64,000 nt of DNA from Balanoglossus misakiensis (GCA_040954595.2 CM082578.2:8479519-8543518), one strand, 5' to 3'. Positions 1-14,458 are shown, numbered from the stretch's first letter. Numbers and translations: made by a program. Notes: generated by a model from the sequence alone, not told the origin.

Positions 1-1892
1 CTATCGGCCTTGGTGATGGCCATGCAAATTGTGTGTTCGCCATCAACAAGCCTGGATTGGACAGAGTGAGTAAGCAGCCTCATATAGCCCCTTTATTCGA
101 CCAACATCTGTTGCCAAATCAAAATGATACACAGCATCATTGTGTCAAATCGGTTTTACACTGAGGCTTGTTATGATGTGACATCATTTTTATTCTGTCC
201 ACGGAAGACGCAAATGCCAACAGTACTATACCAGCGTATTAACTATTATTCAGGTATGTTTCAAATATGCCAAATACACATATCTTTAATTATCATGGCA
301 TGAGGCAGTATATTATTAAGTGCAGATCAGGTCATACGTGTTAGTGTAGTCTCTGTTTATCATAAAAAGCTATTTTTTATAATACAGGAAATCCAACATC
401 CTTTACTGTTGCTCTGTATGTTGCTAATTTTACTCAGGTTGCATGACAACAAGTCTTGGTAAGATCCAAAAATAATGTCATCTGCATCATACCAAGGGTA
501 GGATTCACTCTTGAAAAGGAAGTTCCCACACATAAACCTACTGACCTTGTTTGGTACATGTTAGTAGTGGTAGATGTGGAAATAAACATTCCTTTGTTGA
601 TCACCATCAAAGTTTTGAATTTGATTAATGATTCTGATACTGGTATTATATTTTATAGAAAAGACAAAAACACAGATGTGCTGGCAAGTGTAATGATCAG
701 TTTACAGAGCATTTGTGCCTGGGAGCAGAATGTAAACAAATGATGATCTTGTGCATTACATCAATCATAACACACAGTGTGTATTTTAACAATGAATCTT
801 GATGTCATGTGTCATTGTTTAAAAAAATGTTCAAAATATTATTCTGCATTGCAACCTGTTTAGGAGTATTGTCAATATGTTGCATGATATTGATAAGACA
901 ATGCAAACATATATGTTGTTGACATCAATTCCTTCCTAGTGAGATATGATGTTTTTTATGACAAGTTTCCCCAAGAGGCTTTTAGAAACGCACAAAGTGT
1001 GTTCTTAATAATTCGTTAAATAATGAAGTGACAGTCACTCTGACCATGACCAGCAAGAGACGTGACTGAAATGCAGCCCATATTAAATTGAAAATCTCCA
1101 ATGTACCGAGCTATGTATTCCTTCAAAAAGGGAACCTTTATTAGTCTAATAGCCTGTCTGTTTAGATGAAAAATTGCTCAAAGGATTTTCAAGGCAATCG
1201 TCAGCCACAGGCATTACTCACAACATGACAGTTTATTGTGCTCAAAAGTAGATTATTGATGTTGATAGATGAACACAAACATATTACCAACATATTCGTA
1301 TGTTGCTGTATGGAATCTCGATGCCTTAAAGGATTTCCAATGTCTGAGCCAAAGATGAATGTGGAGAACATTAAAAGATTTGACAAAAATCATTTTTCCC
1401 CAAAAACATGAATCACACAGGTGATGACTGTTTTCCTTCTGATGACAGGAAACTCAATACAGAAAACAATTATGCAACCATTCCTATAGCTTTCAACAGT
1501 GATATATAAATTACAATCAATCTTAATTAAACCGGAATCGCTAAATTACTGCAAATTAGATTTGGTAGTTAGCCTAAAATTGGAAGGAAATGTGTTTTGT
1601 AAAATTGAATATAATTATTTGAAAAGATAACAGTGAGTCCAATGTACCGATACTCTCTTATACAACCTGTGCAGTTTTTGTATTTATTCTGTCATAAAAT
1701 AACTATTTTTCCAACAACTGTTTCCTTTGGTCACAGCATCTGAACACTCTTCTCACTCTCAGACTACTTCTGCATTATCTGTTATCCCTGTATTCGTTTT
1801 TCCCCCCCTTTTTTCCCATAAATTTACATGTCTTATCCTGTATACCAATAATTATATATTCTATAAACAGCTTCATTTTTCCTGTCTTACAG

Positions 1893-3210
1893 AAATGTTC
1901 TGGGTTGCTGCAGCCAGAATATAGAAGTTTTAGTGTGGACCCACAGCTGACAACTTTTGAAACATTACAACAACTCCTAGTAAACGCTTTCTATCTTAAC
2001 AGGTAGGTGTCTAGCATAGCATTTCTTAAAGCTCAGTGAGATAAGCAATGAACGTTTCAGCAGGATTTCACTTCACTTGCAGATGTAGTGGCAGTGTATT
2101 TGATAATGGGAGACATACATGTATTGGTATGGCTGCTTTTGTCATGCATGCCAGTCCCTTTTAACTCAAACTTCCCTCTGTAATACCCATTGGATTCATC
2201 CGTATTTTGCCAGTGCACGCATATTTGAAAAGGCAAATACAAACCACATGAAACTAAACGGTATTTTGCAAAGCGGAATTGCCTCTTTAATTCGTACTTA
2301 GCGCCCGATCTTCAGATGTGGTAAATCCTCAGAGTGTATGCTCAAAAAGTAATAACTGCTTCCACAGAAAATCCCTACAAATTGTCAGATTACAAACCCA
2401 GTTCTCTCAAGCTTTTGAGGAGAGCGGCATTCTGATTTAAGTACACCAGTGTGTAATTGTTAAACTGTTCGATTGAAAGTTAAAAATTCTGAAAATTTAA
2501 TCTGCTGTGGATTTTCCAAAGCTGTATTGAATCCCTGATTGAAATCGTTAGTGTCTGCTAGCAGCTGATAGTCCCATTGCGTTTCTGGTTTAGCTGCTGT
2601 ATACTGCAAAGGATGTCCTAATCATGTGAAATGTCCATGAAAAGAGAAGGTTTTAGAGTTACCGCCAATGATTGTGTGTGCTGGAGACTTGGGTCCCGAA
2701 GTATCGGACCGATAACTTCACTCTCTTAATTACTAATTCAGTCAGCAATAATAAGTAAGTCAATTCTGGCCAGGTTACATCAAAACTCATTCTTAATTAA
2801 CAGACTTGTTAGAGAGCTGTGGTCAGCAAGACTGACCGGAAGGCAAGCTATAAACTAATTGTGATGTAACTCCAGCTAGAATGTTGGTTGTTATCCAGTA
2901 ATTGCATTACACCGAATATTAAAGTAATTTCTAATGAGAGCAACAGCAAAGTTTTATGAGTGGGAACACCAACAACCTTGGGGGCAAGTTAAATGTGATA
3001 ATGCTCCTCAGTAAATGTATTCATGCTAACATCACCTCATACATTTAGAATCATTAGCATGCAAAATTCAGCGAGTACCTGGCCTTTCAAATGACTGTGA
3101 TGCAGTGATTTGAATGATACCAGCTGCTGGCAAGCAAAGGTTCCCCCTTGCACACAGACAGAAGTGAGGACGAGTTGCCCTGGCAAATAAAAGCAAAGAA
3201 AGTTCCCCTC

Positions 3211-3245
<35 letters not shown>

Positions 3246-6200
3246 GCCCTTAATTGAACCCACCAATAAGGCATCTCAATCAGAATGGCCAGCAGGCAGT
3301 TATCGATTCTGAACTGTATCATAGCGCATTTTATAGGATATCGAATGACGCTGTTTTGACAAATCCAGCAACCTGTATGGCCGTAGGTATGGTACAGTAG
3401 AAAGTACATTCCTATCAATGACAAATCACAATATTGAAAGTGTCTATAAATCAATCTGTGTGTTTGAGACCGTTATGCCCCATCTATCCCTGTTTAGCCT
3501 GTCACAGGCTATTAGTATTAGCATGAACAGTGTGAAATCCATCATGATTTGGTTTTCACTATATGGAAAACTCGTGCTAAATGTGTACATTTGCATAGCA
3601 CTGGAGTCTGTTCTATTTATATTATATATACATGTTTGTTGCATTGAATAGGAAACAGTTAGATAATAATCATGCAGTGATAATTAGCTCATTTATGGTG
3701 CAATTCTGAATTTAATTCAGTTGAAATGACATGATTGGGGTGTAAATGAAAGTGATCATTATCAAGGAATGATCTTTTCTTATAGTCACCACAAATGTAG
3801 CTAAACACTTGCTGCATCCCTGTGTATGTGAAATGTGCACCAAGATAATGTGCAGTTCATTTTTTATTTATCAAAACCCATAGCCTTTTAAAGTGAAAGC
3901 CTTGACAGATGTGTACATTACACTTGACCTTCAGGGTTTAATTGCCGATTGTTAACACATCATGGATTTGATCATGTTGATGGCAGAGTTCAAGTTCAGA
4001 AAGCCACTGGAAACCTGTTTCTTCGCCTTCTCCAGCTCGTCGCTAATGATTATTCAAACTTGGTCCTTGAAAACGTGTAAAATTTACAGCAAAAGAGGAA
4101 GTTGGATCACTATCAAAGTTGACAAGTCCCGAGCAGTTCCCCATCAACGGTTGCTATGTTTCCATCTTCCCTGGAAACAAAATAAGGAATTTTTAATCAG
4201 TGTTTCATGACATGGACTTGTTTCATCAAGCTTGGTACATGTATCAGATCCTATGTCATCTTTGTTAAAAAGAGTCAGATAAAGCACCCCCGCTCGGGCG
4301 AATGACCCCCCCCCCCTCCCCAAAGAATTTTTTGACCCTCTAATGTTGAGGCCATATTCTGCCAAACATGCCCCCCCCCCCACCATGTAATTGCCATGAT
4401 GTAATTTGCATAACCCAACTTATAATATGGATATGAATGGGGATGACATTGCTATGTACCCAAAGGACAATGCAGAGCGGTCCATTGTATAATCATCTCT
4501 GATTGGTACATGTATGGTATCACACACTTCTTGCTAAAAAACTCATTGATGAGGTTTCTGGCATGACGTCAGACGTGTGATAGGTTTATTGTTTTCAATC
4601 ACTAATTAACTCAAACACTGAAGGTGTGCTAATGAGACAATCTCTTTTCCACTGTCCAGCAGAACATGTTTTATTTCCCCTTTCAAAAATTGTTCTATAG
4701 ATATCAATAATATATATAGCCTATAGAATTTCTGTATGTCTATAAATGTCTGTGTAGTTTTGACCCCCTTTCTATTGAATTCTATGGAAACATGAACATC
4801 TATAGAATGCTAGCATATGTAAGTCTCTATAGAACTACATGTACATCAGTGTTATGGCAGCGTTGGGAGGAGGTCCAGTCATCAAGCAAAGTACAATATA
4901 TTTGTCAGCCTATTAACTGATAAAAGTGCCATTACAACGAGCGATAAATCTTAGGGTGTTGTTACTTTGTACTTTAGGTTAACCCTTTTCCTTGAAATCA
5001 GACAATGGTAGCCATTATTTGATTAGTGGATCAAAATAAAAAAATTAGGTTTTTGACCGAATAGGTTGAATTAATTTAGATGTGTGAATGACCGTCAGCT
5101 CCACTGGTAAAATAACCTTGTTGTGTCAGTTTCCATTTATGTGTATTGATTCCACCCTGGCAGTCCCCGAGCTAGTAATCGATTACTATCATATCACAAA
5201 TTTATGCGGAGGTGCTACCACTAATGCAATATATCTCTGTGACATTTATTCTGTTTGCTGAAAATAGCTTCAAGGCAGTATTTTACTTAACTGAGATTCG
5301 TGGATAAGTTGAAGTGGATGACATTATGTTCCAGTTTGTTAGCTGTTTCCGGGGTTAATGTCTTGGTTTGACTCATGACAAAGTGCCAGTCTTATAAGGT
5401 CACATGAGATGACATACTGTAGTACTGTACTCTCATTTCTATATTTGTGACACAGTTTATGATTGAACTTATTAATGTTTGATTCAATAAGTACTCAATT
5501 TTTCTTCTCCATGTTTTTAATTCCAGTGATTTTGCAATTAGTTACTTATCCAGAGATGAGAATGGTGTGGAGGTGTATCTCTCACTTCTATCAGACTGGG
5601 ATGTAGACGCTGCTTTTCTCAGTGCATCACAGCCATACTTACAAATCAAAGTGGATACTAAACCGTTTGACGGGCCAGGTAAGTTCTGCAGTGTGATTTT
5701 ATCATTATGCGATAATCATCCTATCTGCCTGCAATCAAGGTACGTGTGTTAGTGTCATTAACATACACCAGTGCATGGCAACTATTATGTCTGTGGTACT
5801 TACATTCCAATTCTATTTTCTATATCTCTCTTTATAGAAATCTAAATTAGTACCTACTAATGCTTTGCTAGATATTAACAATTGATTTGATTTTCAGTAA
5901 CTCAATCATTTACTTACACATTTCTTCCCGGTAGAAACCATAAAATTGCCTTGAAGTGTTAGCTGTTTTGCATGCTTCATTAGTTTGCCCTATTTGGTGT
6001 ACCGTGGTAGACTGTGTAGAACTTTGACATTGTGAAATTAACATTTGAGCCATTCATTCATTCATTCATTCATTCATTCATTCATTCATTCATTCATTCA
6101 TTCATTCATTCATTCATTCATTCATTCATTCATTCATTCCACTCACTCACTCACTCACTCACTCACTCACTCACTCACTCACTCACTCACTCATTCAACC

Positions 6201-8618
6201 ACCCACCCACCCACCCACCCACCCACCCACCCACCCAAACAACCCACCCACCCACCCACCACAAGTTTTGAAATGAATGCTAAATCTATCTTGGTGCACA
6301 CCAGCAGTGCAGATTCAGTGATGTCTGAAACCTTGACTGTATTTTCTGTTTACACCATTTCAGGGCTCATTGATATTGTATTTGGTACATATACGCAAAA
6401 TTTGCCAGACTGTCACTCAAGATAACCTATTAACATCATTTTCGTTGTCTCCCAATGTGTAGTAGATATGGCATGCAAATACCCATGTGACTTTCCGTTA
6501 ACCCAGCTAACCACAATTCCTCTTGAGTACAGTAGTTGATGCTTGCTTTTTACTTTCTAGAATCTAGATAGCATCTGCATGAACCTTCTTATCCCTTTGT
6601 TCTGGGTTCTCCTGTGGTATTCCCTGTTATTTCTTTTCCCTATTTTTTTTCTTCTTGTTTCCCTTGTGTTGTATGTATGTGTGTCTTCAGGCCCTGCATG
6701 CACTACTACCACCACCACCTCAGAAGATGACAATGACAGTGACGTCCAGTCGACTGGAGAGTCTAACACCTGGCATGTGCTCAGCCTGAGAGACTATCCT
6801 GGAGTCAAGCCCGTAGTCAGAAAGGAGATCTTTGAGTCTGGGAGCTGGTCTCTCGTTGACGTGCAGGAGCTAAGTCAGATCATTGATAAGTCCCGCATTG
6901 ATTTCGCAGGTCTGGAGGACTGGGACATTGTCAACACCAAGGATGTGGTCGGGAGCAACAACTTGAAGGATAGACCCATGGTAGGGATGCCCCTGGTCGG
7001 CGCCCTGGTCAACCACATGGAGAGGACCATCAACCGAGTCCAGCGCATCTTCATCACGCAAGAGAGCGAGGACGAGATAGCCAAGGCAGCCAAGCCGCCG
7101 CTCAGCGATTCGGACTTCCACAAGTTCCTTGACCAGCAAGGTCGCCTGGTGAAACCCGAGGAGTTCCGACTGCACGTCTACCACGGCGGGGTGGAGCCCT
7201 CCCTGCGGAAGGTGGCCTGGCGACACTTGCTGAACATCTTCCCGGACGGCATGACCGGGGAGGAGCGGTTCTACTACCTGAAGAGGAAGGCCAACGAGTA
7301 CGAGGACCTGAAGAAGAAGTGGCTGGCGGACGAGCGGGAGGAAGTGAAGTACATCATGAACATGGTGCACAAGGACGTGCTGAGGACCGACCGGATGCAC
7401 AAGTTTTACGCCGGCGGTGACGAGAATCTGAACGTTAAGAAACTCTACAATATACTTTGTACGTACGCGCTGTCGCACGCGGACGTGTCCTACTGCCAGG
7501 GGATGAGCGACATAGCCTCGCCCATTCTCTACGTCATGAAAGACGAGGCTCACGGCTACCTCTGCTTTTGCGGCATCATGAACCGACTGAAGGGCAACTT
7601 CATGCTGGACGGCGTTACGATGACCAAGAAATTTGAACATCTTGCCAAACTTGTCGAGTGCTGCGACATGGAGTTCTACGTGTATTTGAAGGAGCAGACT
7701 GCGGACGATCTGTTCTTCTGTTACCGCTGGCTGCTGCTGGAACTGAAGAGAGAATTTGCATTCCACGACGCCCTGTCCATGCTGGAAGTCATGTGGAGCT
7801 CCTTGCCGCCGGCGTTTCCGGAGGGAGAGCTGGAACTCGCGGGACCGCCCGCGCCACTCTCTCCGTGCATGTCCCCGACCGACAGGATGAGGTTCCGGTT
7901 CGCCCGCCAGAGGTCCTCCAGTCAGGTCAGTAGCTGTCCCAGCAGCCCCAAGTCGGCAGAGACGTCGTTCAACGACACTCCGGAAACGCAGAGCCAGTCG
8001 GCGGCGGCCAAGGAAAGAAGGCAGGTTCCCAAGACGCTGCCGCGCCAGCGAAGTCGCATCGACTCCGACATCAGCGAGGAGTCCGGGTACTCGTCCAAGA
8101 CCGCGTCCGGAATGCAGGTCGCAAACCCGGACAGTAACTGCAATAGCGAAGGCATCGTGCTGACGGAGAACCACTTCGGCCGATCGGAGCAACCGGAGGA
8201 GGAGAGCAAACCCACCAACGGAAACGGCTCCCCGCTGTCGTCCCCGCAAACGCCCAAGTCGCCGTGCGTCACCACGACCAACGGCAACACGGCCAAGACC
8301 GCCCTGGCCAATCTGCCCTCCCCGCAGGAATTCGGCGGCGGCAACCCGTTCATGCTGTTCCTCTGTCTCACGCTGCTGCTGGAGCACAGGGACTACGTCA
8401 TAAGCAATCAGCTGGAGTACAATGAGATTGCCATGCACTTCGACCGGATGGTGCGCAAACACAACGTGGAGCGGGTACTCTACCGAGCCAGGACTCTCTT
8501 TGCCGACTACCTCCGCGCTGAAATCATCTCAAATAGTGACGACAACTCAGATTCGCATAGTCCGGTCAAGAAATCCATTAGCAATGAATCAGGGGTCATA
8601 AATGGGCAATCGTGTTAA
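1893..8618 (+). CDS. TBC1D25: TBC1 domain family member 25 (OATL1) Rab-GAP, 5'-incomplete; exons 1893-2002, 5527-5678, 6691-8618 (alternative in-frame acceptor at 6910)
   Basis: The exons splice in phase (2, then 1). They give KCSGLLQPEYRSFSVDPQLTTFETLQ..., EVYLSLLSDWDVDAAF, LIR EDWDIV, TBC catalytic motifs HKDVLRTDR and YCQGMSD, and C-terminal LPSPQEFGGGNPFMLFLCL, all recalled hallmarks of TBC1D25. No exon 1 was found in the window. The N-terminal 37 aa of the tracked ORF 6579 is intron. Confidence 0.93.
3209..3245. repeat. (CAGA)n microsatellite
   Basis: Direct read of a tandem ACAG run in a TBC1D25 intron. Confidence 0.95.
6051..6260. repeat. Compound microsatellite (CATT)n-(CACT)n-(CACC)n
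   Basis: Direct read; it explains the HSFI/HSLT/HPPT ORFs. Confidence 0.97.
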
Positions 8619-10587
8619 CCACAAAATGGCGAATCTGCCTCTAAAGATATTGATTTTGCCCATTTCACAATCATAAAAGGACAGTAGCTTTAGCTTTTGA
8701 TGTTTTCTGTTTAACCCACATATCCTCTTTCAGTTTCTTGTTTTACGGTACTGAGATTGAAACGCCCAGTGCTTGAGACTGCTAGTAGAGCCTATGTAAT
8801 ACACATTGATGTAGCTTCAAATTATATCTCAATTCTCATCAACTTAAATAGGGTTGTGCTACCTATGTGCATGATCAAAATCTAATGTGGTCAGCAGAAT
8901 TTCAAGATGGCGGCTTTCTCCTGTGTTTTACAAATAATGAAATGTGAAAAGTTGAAGAAGTTCCTAATGGCAAGTTGAGTTGTGGGTGTTTTAACATGTT
9001 TCATGGGCACAATGAGAAACTGGAAGTTGACATGCCAAGCAGAAGTCATGACTATCAAAAGGTCACAGTCCACCGTCCTAGCTACAGGCAACCCAGTCAT
9101 TTACCTCAGTGAAGGCAATGTTGAAGTCGTTAGTACAAATCAGCGGGTGTTTTAATGTTGCATGTAAATTGCTTGCCTATGTTACAGCTGTATTAATTGT
9201 TTGCCTCAGTGGGATAGAATACCAATAATATTCCAAACATGGGTACATTGTGAAATACATATACTGGTAGGAAAACACTCAGATGAACCTAGTCAGTTGT
9301 GTGTTAAATTCTGGAAATCTCAACTGTGAAAACAAACAAACTAAAATTTGTATATTGAATATGAAGGCCAAGGCTGATGTTATTGTTATCTTGCCAGATG
9401 AATGGACAGGCAGTTTGCATATCGGAAATGATGCCCTTTTTGGGGCACACTATTACTAGAATATTATTTTAACTTTTTTCTGTTGACAAGTATGTTGAAC
9501 TAATTTCTTCAATTTCCAGGTATATTTGTGAGGGGGAGGGAGGAGAGAGTAATCTTTGCTAGACACCTTTCATGAGTGCACACTTCCTCAAATTTACATT
9601 CTTTTCAGTTCAGTACCCTGTGCAGGAATTCCTGTAAACATTAGCAACATAACTATTTGTTCTCTTTCCTTTCCTTTTCTGAGAAAGTTTATGTTAACAT
9701 TACAAAGCATTGAAAATCACAGATATTAACCAACATTGACATAATAGTACTTGTATTTACAGTTATTGTGGTATAACGGTTATTTTGCATAATGTGCTGA
9801 AAAAAACACACCATGTTGTACAGCATGTTTGAACTTAAACTGTACACTGTATTCTGAGCGAAATGGCTGAATGATTGAATTCCTGCAAGTCTTGAGAGGA
9901 ATGATATTACGGTTAAACATTTGTTGGATAGAGAAAACAAATGACTTTGATTTTGTGAGATGTGGAGAATGACTTTAAAAAGGATACATACTTAGTTTAT
10001 AAATGAAAAAAGGTCAAAAAATATATTTACGGTACATATGAGTTACTTATATTCATGTAAACTACATTGTCTTTACACATAGATAGTATATATACGACAT
10101 ATTCAGAGAACGCCTATTCCAACATATTGTACACAGGGAAATGGTCAATTATATGCAGGAACATAATTCTTGTGATGCATTAAGGAAAAAGCAAAGCATC
10201 AAGAGTCAAAGAGTGGACAAACGAAAGTGTTGATTCAGTAACTGCTGTTTCCTTCCCTCTGATTTCACATGCAAATTGCTGAAGTGGAAATTTTAAAAAT
10301 TGGATTGAAGTGATCAGCGTGTGATTGGTTATCGCTATGATACATGGACTACGTTAATAGCCCTTACAGTGTGTCACATCTGTTGTGGTTTGAAAGTACA
10401 ATGTACAACCAACTTTGGCATGTGTTGCAAGTCCTTGTAAGTTGCAAAGGATTCACTTTCCATAAGTCTCTGGTGCAGTGTTCACTGCAGGAATGGATAA
10501 GGCTTTAGTCATACGACATTCACCATTGCGCATGCCATGTGTTCAGATTACACTGGTTGCCCTGGTCACCTGTCCTGTTCAACCTCA

Positions 10588-10601
10588 GTTGCCATGGTAA
10601 C
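10588..10601. promoter_or_regulatory. Consensus RFX X-box GTTGCCATGGTAAC
   Basis: Matches GTTRCCATGGYAAC; lies downstream of the TBC1D25 stop codon. Function untested. Confidence 0.4.
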
Positions 10602-13228
10602 TCCTGAACCATAAGGCTCCATGGGTAAGAGAATCCTGAATCTTGAATCATTAATGGAAGACTGTATGGCCTTTTTTTGTGTGCAAATGAATTCGCAATA
10701 ATTATTACCGGTATGAACTGGAGTGTCATAGTTGTTTACTGTTGTTGAAAGCAGCATTTTACGAAAGTCCGAAAAAATCAAAGCTACCAAAGTTTTTCTT
10801 TTTTTCAAGAGGCGTTCTGCTATCATATGGGTACTGTGCAAATAAGGCAGTTGAACGAATGAGCATTGTAATCCTTCGCTGTTGTGATATGCCAGACATG
10901 CATGTCTTTTTTTCCTCACTGGCAACTGTGCACCCTGTTAGCAGTGCAGTGTGGGTAAGAAAACTGCCTGATGCCACACTGCCATTGTCACTTTCCCCCT
11001 GGGTACCCCCTGAAATTATCACTCGGAAAGTTGATCATCTAAACCTTGTATTCATCACATTGTGATTGACAAGCGTAGCATACAATCACAGTTTTCACAT
11101 TGCATGAGCAGTGATGTACACTTAGGTCAGTTGCTAACACATACACGCATGCATGGTGACACATACCTGTCAACTTTCCTCACAGCTACTGTGACATAGT
11201 CACTTTCATCTGCTCACCGTAAAGTTGTGTGTAATTCCAGCCACTCTGAATCCTTTATGCCTACCGCAGATGCTCCTTTTGAGCTTTGTGGAGAATTTGA
11301 CGTGACTTGCATTGAAATAAACCATACGTTACTGTCCAGGGCGGTTTGCATTTACCATATTCACACTGCATTGTGTTTTCAGTCAAGTGTAGTTTGAAAA
11401 AAAAAAGCTTTATCAACTGGCTTATACATTACTTGATAGTCTTCATTTGTCTTCGTATTTACATGTATGTAATCCCTGTTTAGTCTGATAATCTAGTACT
11501 TAAACTTGTTTTGTGTGAGGGTACTGTGTGCTGATACAATCCTGTACCTGTGTGGCAGTAGGCAGTATGGCAAGGTGATGGTATTGAAGTGTCATTGCCT
11601 TCCTGTAGAATATCAGAAAGTCAATGTTTTGCATGCAGTGCAATAACAATTTAAATCAGGGGCATGTATTTTTCGCCCCCACCCCCACCCCCCATCCCCC
11701 CTGGTACAGACTGTGTGTAAACAGAGTAAAACTTTGCAGTGTGCAATATTGATGTATTAAGGTGTTATAGGCCCCAAAATTCAGCCAAAACTGTGAATTT
11801 AGATTCTGAGGTTTTTAATTGAATGGTAAACTAGCAAACATTTGATCTTAATACAGTGAGTTAATAGAAAACTATTTTACCAATCGGGTATTTCACTTGA
11901 ACGGGTCAGAGTACACAGTTGGCACATAAAGTTGAGAGGTTGAAAGTGTACATATATCTAACATTAAAATAATCCTTATGCAATTGCCATTATGCAGGGT
12001 TGCTTTTATAGAGGGTTCTCCTTGCCAAGAAAAACAAAACACTTTTTCCATAATACTTTAAAAAGTGGTAGGATTTTTCTTGTGTGCTATACACATTTAA
12101 GTGCAGAGTTAAATAAATTTGTCGTACGTAATCTTAGCACAATGACTTGATTTACTGGTTTGAATATCAAGCGAAAACTGATGCGTAGATACATCAAAAT
12201 TATGGGCAAATTTCTTATTACCGTATTTTATTGGCCTTGCCATTGCAAAGCTGTAAAGAACCTGCAAAATGAGTCTCTATGCAGATTATAAAGCTTGTCT
12301 CTATGTTTTGCTCAAATCTGTGGTTTCCTGTAGTAATATGTTTGTATCTTATTCATCATTTACATAGTGTTGCAAGAAATGTTCCTTGTGAGCTATTAAT
12401 TGCAAGGCTGCTAAGGAAATACCCAAGGTCAAAGGTCACAGTTTACCATACATGTCTATTTCTTGTTGCAGAACACAAATAGATAGAGATTTAAAACCTC
12501 TAAATGAACAATTTAACATGTCCTTTATATTTTCAAACCTTTTCTTTCTTTTTTTCAATAATATGTGGGCAGATTTTGGGGAGGTGGTAAATGTTCGAAA
12601 ATGATTAATTATTACTTTATAGATCTACATTGTATGTGCATGTTAACATCAAAACATGGTTGTTTGTTTACCAATATATCTGAAATAGAAATAAACAACA
12701 AAGGAATACAAGTGCTGTTTGATTTCCAAGAAATCACGTGAATGAAATGAGACAACATACGAGATGGCAAGATTTGGTGTAGAGCTTTTGTTGGTTACAG
12801 AATGATCACTGTTTCAACACACTTGCCCTTCACAGTGGCTCGTTGCGATGTCTGTTTCATCACGATAGTGTTTCTTTGTATCAAGAGAAGAGGTTTAACT
12901 GCAAATCAGAGCATGGAATGTGTAGCGTCTCCTCTCGGGAGCAAAGTCATCAGATGTAAATAAACTATTTTTTCCAAAGAGGAGAGATGAAAGAAAGCAC
13001 ATTTTACTTTGTGCATGTGATCAGTGTGGTGCTAAAAAGGGCACGATATATTGTGGCATCACTTTTGAATTACATGTGTGATGCTTTGAAATGGCGAAGA
13101 GAATATTTCATTTGGTGTTACTTGTCAGTTTCAAATAGAATATTATCCAATGTTTGTGATGTAATGCATAGCCTATACATGTATATGTGAACTCATGAAA
13201 TATAATATTATTCTCATTCCAAAAAAAA

Positions 13229-13251
13229 AATAAAGGAATATAGAAAATAAA
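13229..13251 (+). terminator. Candidate TBC1D25 polyadenylation signals (two AATAAA)
   Basis: AATAAA at 13229 and 13246, followed by GT-rich tgtggttgtcagt. Would imply a ~4.6-kb 3' UTR; unverified. Confidence 0.3.
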
Positions 13252-14169
13252 AAATGTGGTTGTCAGTTATATGTGCAAATGTATAAGCTTTTAATAATTG
13301 TTAAAACACTTTCTTTGACGGAATGAGCTAAAAAACATCGGTGCTTTTACCATAACGACATTTTACATTTTGTATAATGTGTGGGTTTCTGCCCAGTCGA
13401 GTCATGGGCATGGCTTGTATTGCGAGTTCTCGTCCATGTTGACCGAGTGAGGGCGCTCTGATCTTTCCGGCCACTAGCATTTCAAGATTATCATACGCAC
13501 TTTCTAAAGACGGAATGCTGCTTATACGCACTTTCTCTATTCTATGTGAAAAGCATTGTTATAAGCCTCGTTTAGGTTATGCCTATTTTTCAGTCTGACT
13601 GCTGCCACAAGAATTGTGGCCAGTGCGTATGTGTGTAATAAGAACGAAACAGGGACACCTTCACATGATGTTTACTATTTGAATATTTGCAATCGGTCTG
13701 ACCATAGAATGTGCACACCTGTCTCCTTACACCAGCGCCCTCTATCATTTTGAAGGAGGAAAACAACAACTTGAAGACATCTGTGTACGGATACAAACTA
13801 ATATCTTACATGGGGCCAAGAGCCTACAGGTGAAATAGTGTGAACATTGGCCTACCTATATGCAGTCAGAGCACTTTATGTGGTATGAAATACTTGCTGA
13901 TTTCTCTAAACTGACAAAAACACCATATCGTGTTGTTAATGGCGTATTTAAAGTTTCACACATTGAAACAAAATAACGCGTAGGCCTAAGCAACGCACTA
14001 TAAATGGCCGGTTTCGGCGTCGCTATGCATAGGCCCCTACCGCTGTCACAACATTTGAAACCCCTTTCATGTTCTGGAAAGCGAGAATGCTTTCTGCGTC
14101 TACTTCCACGTTCCAATGTTCCAAAGATCTATTTATTCTTCGATATCAAATGACGTCAGACGCGCTCAG

Positions 14170-14401
14170 GGGCAGTTACGTTGGCATTCAAATTTCCAGA
14201 TGACGGACAACTTCAGCAACGTGGTGCAGACATAGCCTGCGCAGACGAAACGCCATGAGTTCATGAGGCACTATACCTGATACATGTTACGTGTCTGGTG
14301 GTTCTAAAGTAAAAAAAAAACATACTCGGAAAAACTTTCACTGGATGGGATGCCCGTCACCTGGAAATGATAACGCCAGATCACGTGATTGATAGTAAAG
14401 A
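14170..14401 (+). repeat. Dispersed ~230-bp repeat, copy 1 (homologous to 55643-55888)
   Basis: Collinear shared blocks: cagttacgttg, cattcaaat, caacttcagcaacgtggtgcagaca, tgcccgtcacctggaaatga, gccagatca-gtgattgatagtaaaga. Confidence 0.88.
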
Positions 14402-14444
14402 GTTTTGGAACGCTTGCGACGCGCGCGTTACGTCCTTTACGCCC

Positions 14445-14458
14445 GTTTCTATGGAAAC
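14445..14458. promoter_or_regulatory. RFX X-box-like GTTTCTATGGAAAC in the promoter of the Q-rich gene
   Basis: Near-palindromic X-box ~150 bp upstream of ATG 14606 in a CpG-rich patch. A CRE (TGACGTCA) is at 14151 and an E-box (CACGTG) at 14382. Confidence 0.5.

Noticed and set aside
4200-4840. Degenerate repeated phrases (ttggtacatgtat; tctatag-rich stretch) in a TBC1D25 intron
   Set aside because: Probably old repeat debris; no boundaries, TIRs or coding signal could be defined.
6870-8462. 530-aa antisense ORF over TBC1D25 (and similar antisense ORFs over the GPCR and NWD exons)
   Set aside because: Shadow frames caused by high GC3 codon bias; no recognisable domain.
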